64,000 nucleotides of DNA. It comes from Capsulimonadaceae bacterium. Its GTDB lineage: Bacteria > Armatimonadota > Armatimonadia > Armatimonadales > Capsulimonadaceae. The notes beneath the pieces were generated by a model. That model ran no database searches. It was given only the letters and a program-made list of their open reading frames with translations, and was not told where the DNA came from. Made by a program: the position numbers and the translations under genes. This document shows, piece by piece, positions 46,194-54,014 of this stretch. Within the stretch, counting starts at the first letter, position 1. Each line of letters opens with the position of its first letter. Location of the stretch: assembly GCA_965215505.1 (NCBI GenBank), contig OZ244065.1:288001-352000 (forward strand), given 5' to 3'.

Positions 46194-48437
46194 TCATTTC
46201 ACCCGGACGCGGAACCGGAGGAACCCGTAAGAGCCGGTCGGCGTGCCCGGCCCAGTGGCGCTGGGCAGGGTCGCCGGGGCGGGGGCGAGGGAGACGGCCA
46301 CGACGCCGCTCAGGTTGGGCTGGCCGCCGGGGTTCGCGGCGGCGGGGACCGCCGCGCCCGGCGCGTAGAACTGGCCTCGGTCGGCGTCGGCGACGTCGGA
46401 CAGGTAGTTGGTCGGGGCGGTCGGCAGGCTGGATGCGCTCAGGGCCAGGGCGATGCCCGAGTCCGCGCCGCCCGTGCCCCCGTCGGTCGGCGTCAGCCCG
46501 TCATAGGCCGTCGCTTCAAAGGCGGTGTCGGCGGGCAGGACGTCGGCCAGCAGGATGTTGGTGCCGGGGCCGCTGGTGTCCAGGAAGTAGATGGTGTATT
46601 CCAGCTCATCGCCGGGCTTGATGTTGGCGACGCTGCGGGTCCCGCGCAGGTAGGTGGCGGCCGGGGCGGGCCAGTAGGGGCTGTTGTCGTCGGCCGTGCC
46701 GGGGTCGTCGTCGAACCCGGTCGTGTTCGTCCCGTTGACGGCGGTGATGCGCTTGACCAGCAGGAGGACGGGCGGCCCCTGGACGTTGAGCGTGGACGAG
46801 GCGGCGGGGCTGGGGAAATAGGTCCACAGGTCCAGCCCCTTGGTGTCCCCGAACGAGCCGGTGTTGGGGACATTGGTGTTGCCGTTGTTCCCCGACTGCC
46901 CATAGGCGCGCTGGGCCGAGGAAAGATCGAAGCCGTTTATGGGGTCTGCGGCGATGACAGAGGGCGGGGCGATGCCGCCGAGCGGCTGCCCGACGTCGGC
47001 GGCGCTGCCGGAGCCGCCGACGCTGCTCTTGGTGACGTTGTAGCCGCCCAATGTCCGGTAGCCCCGGTCATCGTAGAATCCGACCGTGTAGGAGTGACCG
47101 CCCGCATTGGCGTGGTTGAGCAAAGAAATGTTCGGCCCGCCGGAGACGTTGTTCTCGGCGTCCAGCAGCGGGAAGTGGTACTCCCCGGCGTGGATCGTGG
47201 CCTGAACGCCGTAGCCGGTGCCGACGGGGAAGTTCGCCCCGCTGTTGTCCTTGCCGTCCCACGTCACGGTGTTCGACCCAGCCGCGCGCACCCCGCGCAG
47301 GCGGCGGTTCGCGGGCAGCGTCGGGTCGAAGTTCACGTTGTCGCGGCTGATCACGATGTCATAGACCGCGCTGAGGTTGCTGGTGAAGCTGAACGTGCCG
47401 CCCGTCCCGAGGCGGCTGTTGTTGCCGCCCGCCGTGCCGGAGAAGCCCAGGCCGCTGATGGTCGGGTCCTGGGGGATGGTCGCGATACCCGCCGCCATCA
47501 GGGTCTCGTTGGCGGCCGGGTGGAAGAAGAGCGGGTAGGTGGGCAGGGCCAGGTGACAGCCGCCCTCGATACTGGAGAGCTGGCCGTCCGCGCCCAGTAC
47601 GTCCTGGTAGAGCGGCGAGACGCCGTCACTGTCGTAGAAGCCGACCTGGTTGCCGTAGATGATGAAGCCGTTCGGGTCCAGCCCGTTCAAAGCCATCTGG
47701 TAGCGGTAGCCGTCGGTCGTCACGGCATAGAGGTCGCTGTAGAGGCAGCGCCCGTTGCCGCCGGTGAACAGGGCGAGGTAGTAGGCAAAAACGCGCCCGG
47801 TGATGTCGGTCGTGGAGGAGGCCGAGGCGCGCACGGCGACGTCCCAGGCGGCCACGCTGCTGCCCTGCGAGCTGTCGAAGTCGTTGGTGGAACCAAGGGT
47901 GATGTCGCCATAGGGGGCACCGGTGCCGGCCGTGTTCCCGCCCGCCGGGCCGTAGAAGACGACCTCGTAGATGCCGTCTTCGGGGGCGACGTAGGAGGCC
48001 GGCGCGTAGCCCGACGTGTTGCCGGTCCCGTCCTGACTCTTCGGCCCGGCAAGCTCCAAAGCGCGGCTGGTGATCTGACCCTTGCCGGCCTGCGAACTCG
48101 CCTGGAAGTCCGGCGATGCGGGCACGTTCTCGCTGCCGACCGCGCCGGTGACGCGGCCCGGCCGGTAGATCAGGATGTCGCCGCTGCCGACCCCGACGGC
48201 CGACGAGGCGACCAGGATGTATTCGCCGGTGTGGGCGTAGACGTGCAGCAGGGTCCGGCGCAGCAGCAGGCTCCCGTAGGTGTCCGTGCGCCATTCCAGG
48301 TTGGCGCGGGCTGCGCCGGGCCGCCCGTCATCGGAGGCGGGGTAGAGGTCGCGGCTGCCCGACGCCCCGGCCCGCAGGGGCAGCATGCAGGCCAGGAGAG
48401 CCAGCGCGAGCGCCCCCAAAGTTCTTCGCTGTGTCAT
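46194..48437 (-). CDS. Secreted protein with FlgD-Ig-like segment and C-terminal truncated DUF11-type domain (putative tip adhesin)
   Basis: Signal peptide from MTQRRT; 'GSNTVTWDGKDNSG'; terminal 'LLLVKRI...PGDELEYTIYF...LADVLP...LRFRVRVK'. Confidence 0.8.
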   Translation of the reverse strand: MTQRRTLGALALALLACMLPLRAGASGSRDLYPASDDGRPGAARANLEWRTDTYGSLLLRRTLLHVYAHTGEYILVASSAVGVGSGDILIYRPGRVTGAVGSENVPASPDFQASSQAGKGQITSRALELAGPKSQDGTGNTSGYAPASYVAPEDGIYEVVFYGPAGGNTAGTGAPYGDITLGSTNDFDSSQGSSVAAWDVAVRASASSTTDITGRVFAYYLALFTGGNGRCLYSDLYAVTTDGYRYQMALNGLDPNGFIIYGNQVGFYDSDGVSPLYQDVLGADGQLSSIEGGCHLALPTYPLFFHPAANETLMAAGIATIPQDPTISGLGFSGTAGGNNSRLGTGGTFSFTSNLSAVYDIVISRDNVNFDPTLPANRRLRGVRAAGSNTVTWDGKDNSGANFPVGTGYGVQATIHAGEYHFPLLDAENNVSGGPNISLLNHANAGGHSYTVGFYDDRGYRTLGGYNVTKSSVGGSGSAADVGQPLGGIAPPSVIAADPINGFDLSSAQRAYGQSGNNGNTNVPNTGSFGDTKGLDLWTYFPSPAASSTLNVQGPPVLLLVKRITAVNGTNTTGFDDDPGTADDNSPYWPAPAATYLRGTRSVANIKPGDELEYTIYFLDTSGPGTNILLADVLPADTAFEATAYDGLTPTDGGTGGADSGIALALSASSLPTAPTNYLSDVADADRGQFYAPGAAVPAAANPGGQPNLSGVVAVSLAPAPATLPSATGPGTPTGSYGFLRFRVRVK

Positions 48438-48466
48438 CGTGTGTCCTCGAAGGGTCCCCGCCGTGG

Positions 48467-51400
48467 CTAATCGCCGGCCCGCCCCGGCGTGCTGGATGTC
48501 GTAACAGCAGACTGCGTCGGCCCGGCGGCGTTCCCCGTCGGGGCGGGGGTGAAGCCGGCCGGGACGGGGCGGCCCTTGTCCGCCAGTGCGCCGCGCTCCA
48601 GCCCGAAGCCGTTGAAGAGCTGGTTCACCTTGGCGGTGAAGCCCAGATAGATGCCGCCCGCCGAGCGCGCCCCGCTGAAGTCGCGGTCGCCGACGCGCCC
48701 GAAGCTGTACCCCAGGCTCAGGCGCAGGTCGGGCGTCGCGAAGTAGCCCGTCTCCACCACCAGGCCCCGGCTGCTGTAGCCCGCCGTCGTCTGGCCGATC
48801 CAGCGCAGGTCGCCCACGAGGTCCATGTCCGACCGGAAGCGGTAGGTCGCCCGCATCTGGGCCAGGTCGATCCGGCTGACGCCCACATAGTCGCCGGCCA
48901 GGAAGGAGACGCTGTCGCGCCGGGCCAGCTTGCCGTAGAACTCCCACTGCCATTCGGGGGCGTAGATGCCCTCGACCGCGAACACTCCGTCGCGCGAGCC
49001 CGCCCCGCTGCCGACCAGGATGGTGTCCGGGATCGTCGCCGGGTTGCGCCGGTAGTCGTAGCGGAGCAGCAGGTTGACGTTGTCGCGGGCTGGGTCGCGG
49101 TAGGCCAGGCCCATCCGCAGCGTCACCGAGCGGCCCAATGACTCCAGCAGCTGGTTCGCGGCGTCCGACTCCTGGTAAGCACCCAGGGCGGTCAGGGCCG
49201 GCCCGATCTTGCCGGCCAGCGCCCCGGTGATGACCGTGTTCTGTCCCCCGGACGAGTCGCGCGTCTCATAGCGCGCGCTGGCTTTGAAGTCGCGCGAGCG
49301 CGTATACTCCAGGCCCGCGCTCAGGCCGCCGCCGCTGCCGACGCCGAGGCCCGAGGCGCTCTGGCCGACGGCGTAGGGCTGCGCGAACCGGTCCCCCGCC
49401 CCGGTGCGCCCGAAGAACGCGCCGGTGACGTGTTCATAGCCCAGGCTGAGGCCCAGACCGGGGACCAGAATCCAGCGCCTGCCCAGGCCGAGCGACTGCT
49501 CCAGGGCGAAGCCGTTTGCGCCCCCGGTGAGCGCGAACCGCTCCGACATCTGCGTCCCGTCCCCGCCCTTGTGTTCGGCGACCGTCTCCAGGCTGGTGAC
49601 GGCGTGGCCTTTGTACTGGCCGCGCCCGTAGACCTGCTCGGTGAGTTTGACGTCCACGCCGGGCTTCGCCTTCCAGTCCGCGCCCACCGAGGTCCGGTCC
49701 GTGTAGACCGGGTCCGTGCCCGCCGACAGCGTGGTGTCGTTCTGGGCCAGCAGGGAGACGTTTTTGGTGACCGGCGCGGTCAGCCGCGTCTCCACCTGGT
49801 CCGAACTGCCCGAAAGGCCCGACCCGGCGATGCGGTCGGTGCGGCTCCGGCTGGTCAGGGCGACGGACACCTCGGCCCGGCGCACCCGCTGCTGCACCCC
49901 GACCGAGTAGGTCTGAAGGCTGTTGTCCACGGGCGTCCCGGCGGCGGGCGTCGTGCCGGGGTCCAGGACGCCGATCAGGGCGGGGTCGGGCTGGGGCGCG
50001 AGGCCCTTGTTGTCCTCGTGGTCGGCCTGCACCCGCAGGCGCGTCGTCGGCGAGAGCGCGGCCGAGACCTCGCCGCCGTACCGGGTCTGGCCCGGCACGA
50101 ACGAGGTGGTGGCGTCATTGGAAAAGCCGGTCCCGGTGGAGTGCAGGTAGGCCGAGACCGAAACGGCCCGCGCCGGGGAGGCCTCGGCGGACAGGCGGTA
50201 GGCGGTCCCGGCGACGTTCCCCAGGCCCGCCGCGCTGTCGCGGCTGTCAGAGCGCGCGATCTCGGCGATCAGCCGGCCACGCCCGCCGAGCAGCGGCAGG
50301 GAGGCGTCCGCCCCGTACAGGTCGAACCCCTGCAAGCCCTGGTTCTGGCGCAGGAAGGTGACGCCGAAGAGGCCGCCCGCCTGACGCCCCGCGCCGCCCG
50401 CCAGTCCGTACTGCATCCGGCCCCCGTAGACATTGGTGCCCGCCCCGCCGGTCTCGTACTGGTAGGTGGTGACGATCCTTCGGACCAGGGCCTGCCCGTC
50501 CGGGCCGACGTCGGTCCGCAGGACGGGCTGGTGGAAGAGCAGTGTCCCCCGGTCGTAGTCGATCTCATAGTCCACGCCGCGCTGGGGGGCGGCGCGCTCC
50601 AGGACGGTTCCGGGCCGGTTGATGTCTTCCAGCTCGAAGAAGACGCTCTCGCTGCCGTAGACCAGGGGCCGGTGGGACAGGAAGTACAGCCCGCTCGTCC
50701 CGTCGGGCGCGACGGTGTCGCGCTGGAAGCCCTGGACGTCGTCGCCGTAGAATCCGGTCGCCTGCAAGCCGCCCGCCTGGTAGTTCGCCTTCAGGGCGTG
50801 GAAGGTGCGCGTGATGGCCGTGAACTCCTGCGACCGGCCCGCGAACTCGGCCGTCCCGTAGTCGCCCCACAGGATGTAGGTCTGGTCGCGTTCCAGCCGC
50901 AGGGCCAAGTTGTCGCGGGACTGGGCCAGGGCGAAGGCGGTGGAGCTGTCGCCGTAGACGGCATAGGGCCGCTCCTGCGCCTGCGTCTGCGTGTCCCGGC
51001 CCAGGCTGCTCGGCCCCGCAGCCGTCTGGTTCAGAGCGTGTTCGCTGTCGTAAGCGCCGAGGAACAGATAGTCGCCAACCTTGCCGGTCGCGAAGACGGA
51101 CGTGCGCCCGTGGAGCTTGGAACCATCGCTGACGTCGGGGCTGATGAAGTCTTGCAGGGGCCGGTCGTAGTCGGAGCGGCGGCTGCCGAGACGGAAATCC
51201 ACCACGCCGGTCGCGAGGGAGGGGCGCAGGTGCGTGGCGAACTCGACGGACGCGAACGCCTCCAGGTCGCCGCTGGCGGCCCGGACGCGGACGGTCTGCG
51301 CCTGCACCCCGGCCCGCAGGGTGGCGCGGAATCGGCCCCCCACGGTCCGGACCTGGAAGCCGGGCTGGTCCGGGTCGGCGTCCTCGCCCACCCACTCGCC

Positions 51401-51910
51401 CGCCCCGGCCGTCAGCGTGACCAGGCCGTCGTGGTGGGAGGGCCGGCCCCGCGCGTCCAGCAAAGCCCCGGTGAAGGCCAGCGTGGAGCGGCCGTCGGCG
51501 GGGAGGCGGCTGCCCAGGGCGCGCAATGTGAGCTGCCGAGGCGCGGACTGCACCTCGACGGTGCGCTCGGCCCGCGCGCCGCCCGGCCCGGTTTCGGCGA
51601 GCAGGGTGTTCGTGCCTTCCTTCAGGACGACGCCGTACCAGGTCTGCGTGACTGTCTTGGCCGCGCCGTCGGTCTCGGTCCGGCCGATGAGGGTGGGGCT
51701 GATCAAGGTCCCGTTGACCCGCAGCGTGACGGCCGCCCCGGCCGGGAAGCGGAGGACGACGGCGACGGCGGGGCTGTCCAGCGCGCCGTCCCCGCCGGGG
51801 GAGAGGATTGCCAGCCCGGATGACTGGGGCACGGTCGTCTGCCCGCAAGCAGGTCGGGGAACTGCGACCACAGCCGCAGATGCCAGCATGAGTGCGATCA
51901 GGTGCTTCAT
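48467..51910 (-). CDS. Large putative outer-membrane beta-barrel protein with N-terminal Ig-like domains
   Basis: Signal peptide; invasin-like 'LPADGRSTL'; several hundred residues of alternating amphipathic strands ending 'LRLSLGYSFG...GGIYLGFTAK'. Confidence 0.75.
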   Translation of the reverse strand: MKHLIALMLASAAVVAVPRPACGQTTVPQSSGLAILSPGGDGALDSPAVAVVLRFPAGAAVTLRVNGTLISPTLIGRTETDGAAKTVTQTWYGVVLKEGTNTLLAETGPGGARAERTVEVQSAPRQLTLRALGSRLPADGRSTLAFTGALLDARGRPSHHDGLVTLTAGAGEWVGEDADPDQPGFQVRTVGGRFRATLRAGVQAQTVRVRAASGDLEAFASVEFATHLRPSLATGVVDFRLGSRRSDYDRPLQDFISPDVSDGSKLHGRTSVFATGKVGDYLFLGAYDSEHALNQTAAGPSSLGRDTQTQAQERPYAVYGDSSTAFALAQSRDNLALRLERDQTYILWGDYGTAEFAGRSQEFTAITRTFHALKANYQAGGLQATGFYGDDVQGFQRDTVAPDGTSGLYFLSHRPLVYGSESVFFELEDINRPGTVLERAAPQRGVDYEIDYDRGTLLFHQPVLRTDVGPDGQALVRRIVTTYQYETGGAGTNVYGGRMQYGLAGGAGRQAGGLFGVTFLRQNQGLQGFDLYGADASLPLLGGRGRLIAEIARSDSRDSAAGLGNVAGTAYRLSAEASPARAVSVSAYLHSTGTGFSNDATTSFVPGQTRYGGEVSAALSPTTRLRVQADHEDNKGLAPQPDPALIGVLDPGTTPAAGTPVDNSLQTYSVGVQQRVRRAEVSVALTSRSRTDRIAGSGLSGSSDQVETRLTAPVTKNVSLLAQNDTTLSAGTDPVYTDRTSVGADWKAKPGVDVKLTEQVYGRGQYKGHAVTSLETVAEHKGGDGTQMSERFALTGGANGFALEQSLGLGRRWILVPGLGLSLGYEHVTGAFFGRTGAGDRFAQPYAVGQSASGLGVGSGGGLSAGLEYTRSRDFKASARYETRDSSGGQNTVITGALAGKIGPALTALGAYQESDAANQLLESLGRSVTLRMGLAYRDPARDNVNLLLRYDYRRNPATIPDTILVGSGAGSRDGVFAVEGIYAPEWQWEFYGKLARRDSVSFLAGDYVGVSRIDLAQMRATYRFRSDMDLVGDLRWIGQTTAGYSSRGLVVETGYFATPDLRLSLGYSFGRVGDRDFSGARSAGGIYLGFTAKVNQLFNGFGLERGALADKGRPVPAGFTPAPTGNAAGPTQSAVTTSSTPGRAGD

Positions 51911-53490
51911 CGCGCGCCTTCTTTCGGCATCGGCATGGACATCGGCGCGGGGGCGTCAGCGGGGACGACGCCGAAGTTCAGCCGGACCATGCCGCCCGGC
52001 TGGACGTTGACCAAGCGGGACTGGCTGTTGCGCTCTTTGAAGCGGCGGTTGCGGGCGATGACGTAGCCGGGAACGCTCTGCATGTCCAGGGCGGCGGTGT
52101 GGTAGCCGGCCGTGACCGAGGCCAGCGAGAACAGGCCGTTCGCGTCGGCGACGATGCGCGTCGAGTCGTCCAGGATGACGACGGCATTGGGGACGCCCGG
52201 CTCGCCGGCCTGCTGCTCGCCGTCGCGGCTGCGGTCCACCCAGACGCGCCCCAGGAGGGTGCCGGTGTCGGTCAATAATCCCTGGCGCACTTGCAGGGTG
52301 AAGACGGCGGGGCCGTCGGAGATCGGAGTAGTCATCGTGGTCCCATGGGAGACGGTCAAGACGTCGGCGGTGACGACGGCGGAGTTTTTGCCGTCGCCGC
52401 GCAGGGCGTCCGGCGTGAGCTGGACGGCGTAAGCCAGGGTGAGCGCCTGGCCCGGCGGGAGCAGGAAGCCGCCCGCGTCAAGCACGGTCGTCGGCCCGCT
52501 CCTTGATACTGCGATGGGGACGCTCTTGCCCGACGCCGACGCCCGCACCGAGTCGGGGCGCAGGTCGAAGCCGAGCGGCGGCGTGTCTAATACCTGGATG
52601 TGTTCCAGCGGCAGGGTCGTCGGGTTCTGGACGAGGATGCGGTAGATGACGGTGTCGCCCGGCTCCGCCGTGCTGCGGTCCCCGCTCTTGCTGATCTGAA
52701 GCTCGTGCGCCTGGCAGTCGCTCAGGGTCAGGTTCAGCCCGGCCAGCCCCGGCCCGGTCGGCGCGGCCATCAGCATGGCGTGAGGCCCGGTGAGCGCGCC
52801 GCCCATGCCGTTCACCGGCTCGCCGTCGAGCGAGGCGGCCGTGTAGGCGATGCTCGTGCCGTCCCGCGCCCCCAGGGTGATGCGGATGCGCCGCTGGCGG
52901 TAGGCCGAGCCGGGGGGCGGGGTGAGGACCAGGATGTAGACGCGGCCCGCGTCGAGCTGGCCCCGGCTCGGGTCCAGCATCAGGCTGAAGCGGCCCTTGT
53001 CCGTGTCGGACAGCGCGAACGGGTTGGCGTTAAGGGTGTTAGGCGGGACGCCCGCAGGCACCCCCGCCTCAACGGACAGGGCGGTCGCGGTCAGCGCGAC
53101 GGCCCCCTTGACCTCGGCCCCCGTCGGGTCGGCGGGGTCCGGCTGGTACAGGCCGATGGTGAAGCCCGAGTAGGAGGGCAGGGGGGCACCGTCGCAGCCC
53201 ATCACCGTGCCGCGCGGGTCCACGAGCAGGGAGCGGGTGGTCATCCCGCCCATCGCCATGCCCCCCTTGCCGTCGCTGTAGGAGAAGGAAGTCTGGTTGG
53301 AGATCTGGCCCCGGTCCTGCGCCCGCGCGGCGGGCACAAGGACTGCCGGCAGGAGCGATCCCGCCAGGAGCAGGCCGGCCGCCCGGCGCCCTGATTGTCG
53401 CGCGTAGTTTCGCATCGTCAGCCTTCGCATCGTCAGCCTTCGCATCGTCAGCCTTCGCATCGTCAGCCTTCGCATCGTCAGCCTTCGCAT
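51907..53490 (-). CDS. Secreted protein with a complete DUF11 domain and SdrD-B-like domain (putative base/anchor subunit); true start is one of six ATGs
   Basis: 'LQISKSGDRSTAEPGDTVIYRI...VLDTPP...GKNSAVV'; 'GRVWVDRSRDGEQQAGEPGVPN'. Confidence 0.82.
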   Translation of the reverse strand: MRRLTMRRLTMRRLTMRRLTMRRLTMRNYARQSGRRAAGLLLAGSLLPAVLVPAARAQDRGQISNQTSFSYSDGKGGMAMGGMTTRSLLVDPRGTVMGCDGAPLPSYSGFTIGLYQPDPADPTGAEVKGAVALTATALSVEAGVPAGVPPNTLNANPFALSDTDKGRFSLMLDPSRGQLDAGRVYILVLTPPPGSAYRQRRIRITLGARDGTSIAYTAASLDGEPVNGMGGALTGPHAMLMAAPTGPGLAGLNLTLSDCQAHELQISKSGDRSTAEPGDTVIYRILVQNPTTLPLEHIQVLDTPPLGFDLRPDSVRASASGKSVPIAVSRSGPTTVLDAGGFLLPPGQALTLAYAVQLTPDALRGDGKNSAVVTADVLTVSHGTTMTTPISDGPAVFTLQVRQGLLTDTGTLLGRVWVDRSRDGEQQAGEPGVPNAVVILDDSTRIVADANGLFSLASVTAGYHTAALDMQSVPGYVIARNRRFKERNSQSRLVNVQPGGMVRLNFGVVPADAPAPMSMPMPKEGAR

Positions 53491-53497
53491 CGTCAGC
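53409..53497. repeat. Tandem repeat, 15-bp unit TTCGCATCGTCAGCC x ~5.9, spanning a stop/start junction
   Basis: Seen directly; encodes MRRLT repeats. Confidence 0.97.
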
Positions 53498-54005
53498 GGA
53501 CCCGCACCTGGTAGGTCACGGCCAGGGTCGTCTTCGCCGCCAGGGCGGGGAAGCGCCAGCGCAGGGCGGCGTAGGACTCGGGCGGGGCGGGGACAGTCCG
53601 GGCCGCGCCGTCCGCGCCGAGGACGGTCCGGGTGGGCTGTTCGGAGAACCGGTGCCCGTCCAGGCTGTAGGTGACCTGGGCAGGCCCCGCCGCGTCCCCT
53701 TCCGCCGAGCGGGAGACGTAGACGGTGCCGGCCGGGACCGGCTCGGTGACGACCAGGCCGGTGACGGGGGCCGCGCCCGTGTTCTCCGCCTGCATCCGGT
53801 AGCGCAGGAGGTCGCCCGGCTCGACCGGTCCGGTGTTCGCGCCGGCCACCGAGAGGCGCAGCAGGACGGGCGCGCTTTTCGGGGCGGGCGCGGCCCTCGG
53901 GCCGGCCGGCGCGGGGGCGGCGTGGCCGACGGACCAGGCACCCAGGGCGGCCAGTGGGGCGACAAGGACGGCCAGAAGGCCGAGGCGTGTATGCTGCTTT
54001 ATCAT
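53493..54005 (-). CDS. Small secreted DUF11-type protein
   Basis: Signal peptide; 'VEPGDLLRY...NTG...VVTEPVPAGTVYV...YSLDG...LRWRF...YQVRVR'. Confidence 0.82.
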   Translation of the reverse strand: MIKQHTRLGLLAVLVAPLAALGAWSVGHAAPAPAGPRAAPAPKSAPVLLRLSVAGANTGPVEPGDLLRYRMQAENTGAAPVTGLVVTEPVPAGTVYVSRSAEGDAAGPAQVTYSLDGHRFSEQPTRTVLGADGAARTVPAPPESYAALRWRFPALAAKTTLAVTYQVRVR

Positions 54006-54014
54006 GGGAACCTA

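Noticed and set aside
48438-48953. 172-aa N-terminal extension of the 46194 ORF; likewise extensions of the 8923, 32412 and 7237 ORFs
   Set aside because: They overlap upstream genes; better starts with signal peptides or stop/start coupling lie downstream
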